This document shows positions 45,748 through 55,023 of a stretch of DNA of 64,000 nucleotides, in pieces; the stretch's first letter is position 1, and each line of letters starts with the position of its first letter. The position numbers and the translations under genes are program-made. Source of the stretch: a virus. Its lineage: Duplodnaviria > Heunggongvirae > Uroviricota > Caudoviricetes. Under the pieces are notes generated by a model. It made no database searches. It saw nothing but the letters and a program-made list of their open reading frames with translations, and was not told the origin of the DNA. The stretch is from the IMG/VR virus record IMGVR_UViG_3300021963_000033. One strand, 5' to 3'.

Positions 45748-47172
45748 TTAAAATACCTTGACATTGTATAGACCTTGGAACATTTCGGCATCTTTTTCAT
45801 TATTTACCATAGGAAATCCCTTAATGTTTAAACTAGTGTTCAGGAGCATAGGACAACCTGTTTCTTCATACCATCGTGTCAATAATTCAAACAATCCTGG
45901 ATGCTGCTGCTCGTTTACAGTTTGGACGCGAGATGTGCCATCAACGTGAATGATAGCAGGGAACTTTGTAGGAAATTTACATCTTGCAGTAAACTGCATG
46001 TAAGGGGATACTTCAACTGGCATGTCAAAATACTCTGCTGCATGTTGCTCAAGGATGACGGGTGCGAATGGTCTAAACTTTTGTCTGCGCTTAATTTCAT
46101 TTACTCTATCCTTAATGTCTAGTCTAGATGGATCAGCGAGAAGACTTCGGTTACCGAATGCTCTTGGACCAAACTCTGCCTTTCCACTAGCAACTCCAAC
46201 TATACCCTCTTTAAGCAAAGATGTCAATAGATTTTCTACAGGATATTCGGTATCAATATTTTCACCGAGATATGGACCCTGCCAGTTTAGTTTTCTGCGG
46301 TTGTTTGCAGCAATAGCACCGAGGGAACTACCTGCATCTCCTGGGTTCGGAATAATCCAGATATTATCAAAATATTTTCGAGCAATATGATTGGCAGAGC
46401 AGTTAAGCGCGCAACCCCCTGATAATACTAGATTATTTTGGAAAGTGTCTTTCATCTTTGCGCGAACGAGCAGTTTCTCGAATTCTTCCGCATAAATCTT
46501 CTGCGCTGATGCAGCAAGATCATAGTGATCAGGATCTTCTTTTTTCATCCACCACTTGCATCCACGATGCAAATTAGTTTTCTCATACAGTTCGCGCATT
46601 TCCCAATAATACTTATCAGGATCGCCATACGCTGCCATACCCATTAAGATATACTCATCTTCGTTTGGTTTTAATCCAACTCTATCTGTTATAGCAGAAT
46701 AAAATAATCCGAGAGAGTTTGGATAATCCATGCTCCACTGTTTCTTCATCTCGTTACCAGCGCACGTCCAAATTGATGCCGTGTCAAATTCGCCGATAGC
46801 ATCAATTACTAATGCAGTTGCAGTATAAAAATTAGACGTGTAATAACCAGCAGCGGCATGTGACTCGTGATGGTTCGCATATTGTATTGGTGCAGTTATA
46901 CCAAATGATTTTAGATACTTCTCGGCGCTAAACCTAGTCAATCCTTGTCCTGAAAGCAATCTGCGCATTGCGCGCAATCTTGGTTTCTCATACCAATGTA
47001 TATTTTCTGGTCTGCCAAACTTCAGGGCTGCTTCTATGAGATCTGGATTCAGATGCTTATCATTTTTAACACCGCTATATCTCTCTGCATGAGAAGCGAA
47101 AAGAATCTCTACTCCATCAACAACAGTTAATGCAGCATCATGCGCTCCTGCAGATATACCCCATTCAATCAT
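45748..47172 (-). CDS. O-carbamoyltransferase (NodU/CmcH family)
   Basis: HDAAL, HAERYS, NHHESHAAAGY, DAIGE, MGMAAYG, GGCALNC, GDAGSSLGA, EFGPRAFGNRSLLADP, FRPFAP, LLNTSLN. Start moved to MIEWG. Confidence 0.93.
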   Translation of the reverse strand: MIEWGISAGAHDAALTVVDGVEILFASHAERYSGVKNDKHLNPDLIEAALKFGRPENIHWYEKPRLRAMRRLLSGQGLTRFSAEKYLKSFGITAPIQYANHHESHAAAGYYTSNFYTATALVIDAIGEFDTASIWTCAGNEMKKQWSMDYPNSLGLFYSAITDRVGLKPNEDEYILMGMAAYGDPDKYYWEMRELYEKTNLHRGCKWWMKKEDPDHYDLAASAQKIYAEEFEKLLVRAKMKDTFQNNLVLSGGCALNCSANHIARKYFDNIWIIPNPGDAGSSLGAIAANNRRKLNWQGPYLGENIDTEYPVENLLTSLLKEGIVGVASGKAEFGPRAFGNRSLLADPSRLDIKDRVNEIKRRQKFRPFAPVILEQHAAEYFDMPVEVSPYMQFTARCKFPTKFPAIIHVDGTSRVQTVNEQQHPGLFELLTRWYEETGCPMLLNTSLNIKGFPMVNNEKDAEMFQGLYNVKVF

Positions 47173-47257
47173 AGATAAATGGATCGCTCTTTCGGATCTT
47201 ATTAATTTTCCGGCGTAACTTATACGCAGCATATAATTTGAGTATAAATTTTAACAT
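47165..47257 (-). CDS. 30-aa basic peptide ending DPFIYD
   Basis: My translation is MLKFILKLYAAYKLRRKINKIRKSDPFIYD. It fills the gap between the SGNH gene and the carbamoyltransferase and overlaps the latter's start. Not in the ORF track. Confidence 0.65.
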   Translation of the reverse strand: MLKFILKLYAAYKLRRKINKIRKSDPFIYD

Positions 47258-47268
47258 AACACGGTTCT

Positions 47269-48114
47269 TTAAATCCATTCTCTATCTGTCAATTCTTTGA
47301 TTGTTTGCACTGCATAGTTATAGTGTGGAATTTTTCCTGGATGCATTCGGTCTCGCGCAGTATTATCTCTATTTGTCATAAAAGGATTTTTCTGTGTATT
47401 ATATGGTGAATGCACTCGTAACATTCGATGTGTTAGATTATCCCATGACGAAAAAAGTACTTTAATATTTCTTTCGGCAGCAATATCCAACATATAATTA
47501 ATATTGAATGATAATTTTCGAAATTGATACGTATCTGGTAATTCTAGGAATAATTTTGCAATATTAGTGCGCAAATCAGGGATAGTCCAATCCGGAGATA
47601 CATTATGGATAATGCCTTTATCATCAACATGAAGTTCTCTGTATATCGAAGGTAATGTTACTATTGCAAGATCAATATCCACAAACTTAGTAAAAACAGA
47701 AAAAGTTCTAGTAATTCTCTCTAAACTTGCTCCGCCAAGTCCAACATTATACGCTTTACAACCTATCATAGAACGAATATTGCTAATGAATATTTCGTGT
47801 GTTTCTAATCCCTCGCCGTATGTATAACTATCACCGAAAAAACCAATTTTAGTTTTATCACATTCAGTTAAATCCCAAGTATCTCTAAATCCATAACTAT
47901 TGATATGATACTTCCAAGTATTTTCTGGCGTCAGTTTTCCCTCGTCGAACATTTTTTTTTCATAATTATTTGTGTAATTTACTTCAATCCCATCCGGATA
48001 TTGTTGAATCAAATACGAACCAAATATTTTGATATCATCAAGAGTTTCAAATGAAGTTGATGCCATAGATGAGAATGTTGATTCTACATGTTTATTATAA
48101 TCATACATCGTCAT
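47269..48114 (-). CDS. SGNH/GDSL-like hydrolase or acyltransferase
   Basis: IGFFGDSYTYGEG, YNVGLGGAS, DRMHPG (DxxH). Confidence 0.7.
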   Translation of the reverse strand: MTMYDYNKHVESTFSSMASTSFETLDDIKIFGSYLIQQYPDGIEVNYTNNYEKKMFDEGKLTPENTWKYHINSYGFRDTWDLTECDKTKIGFFGDSYTYGEGLETHEIFISNIRSMIGCKAYNVGLGGASLERITRTFSVFTKFVDIDLAIVTLPSIYRELHVDDKGIIHNVSPDWTIPDLRTNIAKLFLELPDTYQFRKLSFNINYMLDIAAERNIKVLFSSWDNLTHRMLRVHSPYNTQKNPFMTNRDNTARDRMHPGKIPHYNYAVQTIKELTDREWI

Positions 48115-49624
48115 ATTTGCCCAATGGGTCTCCAATATTGGATGAATCGGGCGTAAGGATCCACCCTTCTTCCCTTGCTATTCGCAACAAATCCTCATCA
48201 TTTATATATTGCTTTGTGCTATCACCATTGATCAAATTAGTCGCATCTTTCAATTTAGTATCTGGTAGCGTTTGATACCAGTCGCGAAGAATCTCTGGAA
48301 ATGTTTCAACAAGATTTTTGTTTCTGCGTTGATCATATTGACTGTAGAATGTTTTAAAATCGCGCCAGAGAGTGATTTTATTACTAGTTCTTCTATGCGG
48401 CGCTTCGACAATATCAAGATAATCGATCAATCGCTCGATACTTACCTTCTCGTAATCATTCCACAATGGACGATCTTTTGCTTGCTCGTACCATGTCGAT
48501 AACTTTTCGCGACAATAATTCTTGATGTGATCAGGAAGCGCAAGAGGACTTTGGAAACTGGGGAATCTCAATAAATTCAAACTCAAAGTAGGTGTTTTAG
48601 TTTGTGTCATTTCTTTTATGGAATAGATGTCATCCATAAATTCAGTAATATCAAATAAACATAAACTGTTTATGGTCATCATGATATTAAGACCTTGAAC
48701 ATTACCCTCCGCGAGAATACGAATAAGATTTTTTCTCCAAATTTCGTAATTAAACCCATCGCGAATATACTCCGCATGATGTTTGGTAGATTCACAACTG
48801 GTATAGACAGAAAAACTCTTGATGTTTTTGCTCTTAGCGATCAATCTATCAATAGTTTCATCTTTAGCAATCAAGTTGGTGTTAATAGCAAATGCCATGT
48901 CGCTATCTTGTTTCTCAAACCAATCAAGCAGTCTCCATGTTTCAGGACTCATCAACGGTTCGCCGCCAGTAATTCTCAACTCTTTTAGTGTATCGGCAAG
49001 ACCATTATCCCACCACTTCCAGAAAGCATCAATATATGGATTGGTTTCGTCTTTAGCAAATGGTTCGGTCCAAGAACCATCTTGCTCAAATGCACCTGCG
49101 CCATCTGATACAAGGTTCTGGTATGGTCCGTTCTGCTTAATATCTCTCGCCCATGAAGTAGAGAAACTGGCATTACAATATGAGCAAGCAAGATTACAAG
49201 TCCTATCAAATGCAATCTCAAAGGTTCGAAGAGATGAATCATCCTTCCAATCGCTGCTATATGCCTTTTGAAGATCGTCTTCGGTGTGAATAATAGATTT
49301 GAATACTCTGTCACTGACATTATCTCTGCCAATATCTTCAATCTTCCAACAGTACTCGCACTCAGATGGTCGATCGCCATCCTGCATCATCTTACGCATT
49401 GCTTTTTTATGCATGGTATTATGGATTGCAGAAGGATTGTTAGCAATCTCTTCAAGTGGAATCTTATGTGCGGGTGGGTGATGACAACTTGCCGTTGTTC
49501 CGCTACCTAACCAAGTGGTTGCATTATACCATTTTGCACCACAAAAACTTTTAGACTTACTATCTAATACTCTGTTGCGGTATTCCGATAATGTTTCTTC
49601 TGGTTTCTTGAACGAAGTCATCAT
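48101..49624 (-). CDS. radical SAM enzyme with N-terminal twitch/SPASM-like Cys cluster, paralogue 2
   Basis: FCGAKW...SCHHP...ECEYCWKIE, then CNLACSYC and ITGGEP. Confidence 0.88.
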   Translation of the reverse strand: MMTSFKKPEETLSEYRNRVLDSKSKSFCGAKWYNATTWLGSGTTASCHHPPAHKIPLEEIANNPSAIHNTMHKKAMRKMMQDGDRPSECEYCWKIEDIGRDNVSDRVFKSIIHTEDDLQKAYSSDWKDDSSLRTFEIAFDRTCNLACSYCNASFSTSWARDIKQNGPYQNLVSDGAGAFEQDGSWTEPFAKDETNPYIDAFWKWWDNGLADTLKELRITGGEPLMSPETWRLLDWFEKQDSDMAFAINTNLIAKDETIDRLIAKSKNIKSFSVYTSCESTKHHAEYIRDGFNYEIWRKNLIRILAEGNVQGLNIMMTINSLCLFDITEFMDDIYSIKEMTQTKTPTLSLNLLRFPSFQSPLALPDHIKNYCREKLSTWYEQAKDRPLWNDYEKVSIERLIDYLDIVEAPHRRTSNKITLWRDFKTFYSQYDQRRNKNLVETFPEILRDWYQTLPDTKLKDATNLINGDSTKQYINDEDLLRIAREEGWILTPDSSNIGDPLGKYDDV

Positions 49625-50997
49625 TCTTTCCAATCTTCAAGTAAGTTCACATACATCGGGAATGTATTACTGAAATTCTTATTTCTTCTTATGTCATATT
49701 CATTTACAAATTTGACAAAGTCGCTGCGATATTTATCTGCTGTTGGTGTGGTTCGCAGATAGTCACAGAATCTTTTAATTTGATCCCATTCTTCAAGATA
49801 TAGTCTTGCCCACTGCGATGAAGAATGATATTTCAACCAACCCTCGCAGTATTTCTCAATCTTATCTGCATACTCTATTCTGGTTTCAGTGTCGAGTAGT
49901 GTCGCCTGTAAGTATGGAGGATACCGTAAGTAGTTAACACTCAACGGAACTCTATTCTCCTCAGTGTTTTTATTGAATAGAACACGCAGATCCATGATAT
50001 GCTCGACGAATTCAGCAAAAGATGGCAAACTTAGAATATTAATAGTTGTCATGATGTTAACACGGGAATTGGTTTCTCTGAGAATACGTTCTACGTTTGC
50101 ATACCACTTCATGTAATTGATGCCATCACGAGCATACTCTGCTTGCGCGAAAGTGCTCTCTGCGCTAGTATAAATTTGAATGTCTTTGACTTTACCCTCG
50201 AGAGAGTTAATCATATCAATCAACTTGTCGACCAACTGATCAGGAATACCCAAGTTTGTATTGATACCAAGTTCTATGTCAGCAGGTGGATTTTGTTTTA
50301 TAAATTCCATCGTCTCCCAGAAATCTTTACTCATAGTGGGTTCACCACCAGTCATTCGGAAGACTTTCAGATTCTTTATTGCATCTGGAAACCACTCTTT
50401 AAATGCTTCTGAGTATGGATTATGTTCACTATTTTTATATGGGAATCTTCCGACTTGCTTCAACCATTCTAGATTGGTTGTTCCGAATTGCGTGGGATAT
50501 GGACCATTCTGTTTAACATCATCCATCCACTTACTGGAAATTTCAGGAGAACAATATGCACAGGCAAAATTACAGGCGTTAGAAAATGATACTTCAAGAT
50601 ATGTTGGATACACATTGGCATCCCATGGTGTATGCGCTATCTCACCGATTTGATCATATGACCACCACTCTGCAGTCTTGTAATGTCTATCCGAAAAATA
50701 CTCTGTATTGAGATCCTCGATTTTCCAACAATATTCGCACTCAGATGGACGCTCGCCCTCGAGCATCTTTTTACGTTGCAGTTTTTTAAACGAACTGTTG
50801 TGCAACGCATTAACATCGGTTGCAAGTTCTTCTAATGGAATTTTATGTGGAGATGGATGGTGACATGAATGGTTGTAACCATTCTGCAGATACAGGGTTG
50901 TTTGCAACCATTTTGCTGCACAGAAAGAAGGACTTATTGCATTGATAACATCACGTTTCCTGCCAAGTTCTTCTATTCGATCTTCATTCCGTATCAT
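49621..50997 (-). CDS. radical SAM enzyme with N-terminal twitch/SPASM-like Cys cluster, paralogue 1
   Basis: FCAAKW...SCHHP...ECEYCWKIE, then CNFACAYC and MTGGEP. Confidence 0.88.
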   Translation of the reverse strand: MIRNEDRIEELGRKRDVINAISPSFCAAKWLQTTLYLQNGYNHSCHHPSPHKIPLEELATDVNALHNSSFKKLQRKKMLEGERPSECEYCWKIEDLNTEYFSDRHYKTAEWWSYDQIGEIAHTPWDANVYPTYLEVSFSNACNFACAYCSPEISSKWMDDVKQNGPYPTQFGTTNLEWLKQVGRFPYKNSEHNPYSEAFKEWFPDAIKNLKVFRMTGGEPTMSKDFWETMEFIKQNPPADIELGINTNLGIPDQLVDKLIDMINSLEGKVKDIQIYTSAESTFAQAEYARDGINYMKWYANVERILRETNSRVNIMTTINILSLPSFAEFVEHIMDLRVLFNKNTEENRVPLSVNYLRYPPYLQATLLDTETRIEYADKIEKYCEGWLKYHSSSQWARLYLEEWDQIKRFCDYLRTTPTADKYRSDFVKFVNEYDIRRNKNFSNTFPMYVNLLEDWKE

Positions 50998-51578
50998 TTA
51001 TAACCAACTGCCATATATCTATAGAAATGTCCGCACTTCAACATACCAGCGTATACTGGTTCTTTGATATTGTTGATGCTCAAGAATTCCTCTAGATTAC
51101 TAGCAAGACGAACATGCTCATGATTTTCTAGATTATTTCCTTGGACGATATATTTAGTCGAACTAGGAATAGAGTTCCACCATGCATCATAAACTTCTTG
51201 TGTCACATGCTCAGTGCTGGTATTGATCACTAGATCCGGATGTGCATGATTGAGCGGCATACCATTTTGCATGTCGTGCTGACGAAATGTAATATCGTGA
51301 TAGCACTCATCGATAGCAGCAAATACCTTTTTACATTCAGGATCTGCGTCAGTGGTTAGAATTCTGGCATCAGGAAACTTATGTGCAATAAACTGCGCAA
51401 GAACTCCATACCATCCGCCGAAAATTACGATAGATCTATCCATGTGAGTTACATGTTCGAGTAACCACTTTTTGCTATCGATCTGACTGTCCCAAAAGTT
51501 CTCCGAGAATCTATATGCATTATCTGGATTATTACGGATATATTGCATCCAAAGCATTACAACATCAAAATTAACCAC
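50994..51578 (-). CDS. class I SAM-dependent methyltransferase-like protein
   Basis: FWDSQIDSKKWL, IVIFGGWYG, LTTDAD, DLVINTSTEH. Confidence 0.6.
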   Translation of the reverse strand: MVNFDVVMLWMQYIRNNPDNAYRFSENFWDSQIDSKKWLLEHVTHMDRSIVIFGGWYGVLAQFIAHKFPDARILTTDADPECKKVFAAIDECYHDITFRQHDMQNGMPLNHAHPDLVINTSTEHVTQEVYDAWWNSIPSSTKYIVQGNNLENHEHVRLASNLEEFLSINNIKEPVYAGMLKCGHFYRYMAVGYK

Positions 51579-51972
51579 GTCTCATTTTCGCAATCTCTAA
51601 AATTTGTTCATCATTGATAACAGGAACAGCATTGCTCTTATGTAGAACGCTGATGCCCTTGATTAGTGTGCCCGTATAGACCTGTTCTTTACGAGTATAG
51701 TTTACGCCGATACCAGCACCAGAAGGATACTTCTGCCGATGGTCACTGACTTCATATTTAGGGAGAGGTGTGCCACGCAATTTAGGATTATACTTACCTT
51801 GACGATAGGCGACATACTCTTCGAATGTCTTGGTCTTGCTGCCGATTCGCTTCATCTGCTTGTTGTATTCCACCCAATCCTGGGAATATCGTGCCGCGAC
51901 ACCCTTGTTAGAAGTCTTGCGCTTCTTGGTGTTAATGGTGGTGTAGGCATGTGACATAAGTTGCATAGACAT
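51571..51972 (-). CDS. conserved T4-like hypothetical protein
   Basis: C-terminal YTGTLIKGISVLHKSNAVPV...IAKMRR motif. Confidence 0.7.
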   Translation of the reverse strand: MSMQLMSHAYTTINTKKRKTSNKGVAARYSQDWVEYNKQMKRIGSKTKTFEEYVAYRQGKYNPKLRGTPLPKYEVSDHRQKYPSGAGIGVNYTRKEQVYTGTLIKGISVLHKSNAVPVINDEQILEIAKMRRG

Positions 51973-52001
51973 AACAAAATCCTTTTCAAACTCAACATAC
52001 T

Positions 52002-52073
52002 CTTATACCTTATCGAAAGGAAAATGTCAAGCTAAAAATAAGGCTTGACATTTTTTAAATTATGGAGTAGGGT
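52002..52073. promoter_or_regulatory. back-to-back sigma70-like promoters
   Basis: Minus strand: TTGACA(52030-52025)-17-TATAAG. Plus strand: TTGACA(52045-52050)-17-TAGGGT. Confidence 0.6.
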
Positions 52074-52094
52074 GGTTAATCAATAGGAGAAGAA

Positions 52095-52370
52095 ATGATG
52101 AATATTTTTTATGAAACTGGTAACGCGAAAAATAGCGATTTTAATCCGTTCACAATCCTGAAAATGAATCCTAATAGTGCTTGGGCGAATCATTCATATA
52201 ATCATTTTGTTCTGTGTCACATCTTCCGCAATTCGCCTGATCCTCGAGAGAAAATTCAAGCCGGAAAAGAAATTGAAATCGCTGAACGAAAAATGACTTT
52301 CTGGGAACGCCATCGTGAGTTTGATCGTGAGTCTGCCGAATATTATAGAAAAAAATATTACCGAATGTAA
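52095..52370 (+). CDS. small hypothetical (early) protein
   Basis: AGGAG SD. SY.HY.L...E..Q..KEI.IAERKM.FWERH pattern. Confidence 0.65.
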   Translation: MMNIFYETGNAKNSDFNPFTILKMNPNSAWANHSYNHFVLCHIFRNSPDPREKIQAGKEIEIAERKMTFWERHREFDRESAEYYRKKYYRM

Positions 52371-52378
52371 TTTGAAGC

Positions 52379-52407
52379 TTGACTTTTCCCTGAATCTAGG
52401 GTATAGT
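52379..52407 (+). promoter_or_regulatory. sigma70-like promoter
   Basis: TTGACT-17 bp-TATAGT. Confidence 0.65.
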
Positions 52408-52624
52408 GAATAATATTATGGAGGGTTTGATGGTTATCGATATTACTCGACGCGAAGAAGAATTGCTAGAACTACTCGGCGTTTCGTGGAACGGATGGCA
52501 GTATGAACAGCAAAATTTTGCTGAAATTAATTTTGAGTTGGAAGCGAATGGTGTTCCGACGTATAAATCTTTCGAGGAATACCTCGAAGGTCGTCTTAAA
52601 TATAAGCAAAGGATTGCAGCATAA
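52406..52624 (+). CDS. small hypothetical protein
   Basis: The likely start is the internal MVID after the GGAGG SD. Confidence 0.55.
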   Translation: MNNIMEGLMVIDITRREEELLELLGVSWNGWQYEQQNFAEINFELEANGVPTYKSFEEYLEGRLKYKQRIAA

Positions 52625-52839
52625 TGGTTAGTATTACGACTGAGGTCGAAGTTTACATGGACGACTTTGATGATCAAGATCTGATCGAAGAACTCGCAGA
52701 TCGAGGTTACTATGTTAGCAAGTCAAGCAGCGACATTCCTGTCGCACAGAGTCTTTATGATGCTTGGGTCTACAAGACTGGCAATTTTGAAGATCTATTT
52801 CGGCAATTTTGCCAACATACAATCGGGAGAAGTTTTTAA
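52624..52839 (+). CDS. small acidic hypothetical protein
   Basis: VEVYMDDFDDQDLIEELADRG. TAATG coupling. Confidence 0.6.
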   Translation: MVSITTEVEVYMDDFDDQDLIEELADRGYYVSKSSSDIPVAQSLYDAWVYKTGNFEDLFRQFCQHTIGRSF

Positions 52840-53009
52840 TGTCTACATCAATTCACGACCAGGAACTCGACGCGCACTTCGGTCGAGTTGAGAGCGATCT
52901 CTATTCGCTGAAGGAAGAACCAACCTCAGATACTGTGTATTTTGATTTTAGTGAACCAAATACAACTTTACTTACTTGGAAGTTGCACGATAAACTCCAT
53001 CGAAGTTAA
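52839..53009 (+). CDS. small hypothetical protein
   Basis: MSTSIHDQELDAHF with TAATG coupling. Its 3' end overlaps the convergent cyclase gene. Confidence 0.5.
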   Translation: MSTSIHDQELDAHFGRVESDLYSLKEEPTSDTVYFDFSEPNTTLLTWKLHDKLHRS

Positions 53010-55023
53010 CAGGAGGTTCGCCCTCCATGCGCTCGCGCATCATGTCATAGTAATTTACCAACTCTCCTCGCCAGCAGTCTTTTAGATCGCTGGCGATTTT
53101 TTTGGCATCTTCCCAATTACCTGCGCGATACAATTTTAAGAATTTCTCATGCAACATTTCACCAGTAACATCGCTGAATGGTAGAACAGTATAAATTGAA
53201 ACTGGTTTGGTCTTACCCTTGACTGCAAGCAGGTCGAGTTCTACTACTTGGTATACAGTCCCAACCAATTGGGCAGTTTGTGGTCCGACGACGAGTTTGA
53301 CTCCATAAGGTTTGGATTGACCTTCGAGGCGAGCAGCCAGATTAACCCCATCGCCCAAGCAAGTATAATCAAAACGCTGGTCGCTGCCCATATTACCAAC
53401 AACCACAGTGGCAGTGTTAATACCAAGACCCATACCGAAAGCTGGAATGCCTTCTGCTTTAACTTCTTCATTGAATGTCTCCAGATCCTTTAACATATCT
53501 AATGCGGTACGAACAGCATTTTTAGCATGATCAGCATCATCTAACGGTGCATTCCAGAATGCCATCTGAGCGTCGCCAATATACTTATCTAATGTGCCAT
53601 TGTTATCAATAATTCGTTTTGTCATTGCAGTCATGTATCTGTTCATAATCTTCGTCAGACCCTGAACGTCTTCGCCGTAGTGTTCGGAAATAGTAGTGAA
53701 TCCGCGAACGTCGGTGAACATAATTGATAATTCTCTAGACTCGCCGCCTAGTTGCAATAACTCAGGATTCTTCTGAAGTTTCTCAACCATGTCGGGTGAA
53801 AGATATGTGCCGAACTGCTTCTTAATTTGTTGCTTCTGAAGATATTCGCTGACATACTTAGCAGTATAGATATGAATATAGATTAGCGCAATTGCGAACA
53901 CGTTAAACGTAACATCGAGTAGAATACCCTTGCTCGCGAACAGATAAACAGGTAGATAGAAATATCCACCGAGTAAAACAGCAATATAAATTATAGAGAA
54001 ACGAAATCTAGAGAGAATGATCAATGCAAGAGCAAGACCCAGAAACGCCGCAAGATCTGCAAGTTGACCCCAAACAGGAATCGACACAGAGTCTCCATTT
54101 ATCAGAGTTTCAAGAATACTCGCCTGAAGGACGTGGGGATGTTGCGCACCTGATGGAGTCGCTACAGGGTTCGCAATACCAGCAGCAGTTACGCCAACAA
54201 TTACAATTTTCCCGTCAAGACGAGGAATATCACCACCTACTTCAACAGATGGAAATACGTAATTGGGATTAACAAACGTTCTTCCATATTCATCAGTTTT
54301 AATTGTTTCAAAAGAAGGAATTCGTAATGCTTCGACCCCAGTCTGATTTATCTTGGCTTGATACGAAGAGTCTCCTGCAATTACACGCAGCATCTCTAGA
54401 GCAAATGCGGGATAGTATTCGCCTGATGATTGAGATAGAAGAGGAACTCGCCTTACAACCCCATCACTCTCAGGTAGGGTTGATGTTATCCCAACACCGA
54501 CAGCGGATTCTTGAAGAGGTGGAATATTACTTAGAACGCATGGATATTGAGGAAGAAATTCAGTTGCTTCTCCATCGCCGACGACGGCAACGCCTGTCCT
54601 CCGAATTGTCGCACTTACCCGAGAACAAGAATCACTTACCGTCTGGCTCAGAACGACTGGATGTGATTTAAGCGTATTTACAAGACTTCCGTCAGTACCC
54701 ATCCGATCAGGTTCAGGCATAAGAATAGTAGTACCAACGATACCAGCGTTTGCCCCATAAAGATCGCTGATAATCTTAGAATGGACTTCACGTGGGAAAG
54801 GCCACTGTCCGTACTTTTCAATTGCTTTCTCCCCGATATTAGCAACTACAATTTGTTCAGATTGCGTCGGTGAACCGAGCATCAAATAATCATAAAACTT
54901 CAATCTTGTGGATTCAACCAAGTATGGGTTTGCGAGTTTTACTGTTAACAATACCGCAAAAGTAATCAGTGCCAACCAAGGTGAGAGTAGAACTTTTTTA
55001 GTTTTTTGTATAAGAGTATCCAT
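52972..55023 (-). CDS. CHASE2-domain class III adenylate cyclase (membrane-bound)
   Basis: N-terminal TM segment, GQWPFPR CHASE2 motif, three TM helices, then IMFTDVRGFTTISE, DKYIGDAQMAFWN and GDGVNLAARLEG. Confidence 0.93.
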   Translation of the reverse strand: MDTLIQKTKKVLLSPWLALITFAVLLTVKLANPYLVESTRLKFYDYLMLGSPTQSEQIVVANIGEKAIEKYGQWPFPREVHSKIISDLYGANAGIVGTTILMPEPDRMGTDGSLVNTLKSHPVVLSQTVSDSCSRVSATIRRTGVAVVGDGEATEFLPQYPCVLSNIPPLQESAVGVGITSTLPESDGVVRRVPLLSQSSGEYYPAFALEMLRVIAGDSSYQAKINQTGVEALRIPSFETIKTDEYGRTFVNPNYVFPSVEVGGDIPRLDGKIVIVGVTAAGIANPVATPSGAQHPHVLQASILETLINGDSVSIPVWGQLADLAAFLGLALALIILSRFRFSIIYIAVLLGGYFYLPVYLFASKGILLDVTFNVFAIALIYIHIYTAKYVSEYLQKQQIKKQFGTYLSPDMVEKLQKNPELLQLGGESRELSIMFTDVRGFTTISEHYGEDVQGLTKIMNRYMTAMTKRIIDNNGTLDKYIGDAQMAFWNAPLDDADHAKNAVRTALDMLKDLETFNEEVKAEGIPAFGMGLGINTATVVVGNMGSDQRFDYTCLGDGVNLAARLEGQSKPYGVKLVVGPQTAQLVGTVYQVVELDLLAVKGKTKPVSIYTVLPFSDVTGEMLHEKFLKLYRAGNWEDAKKIASDLKDCWRGELVNYYDMMRERMEGEPPVNFDGVYRATSK

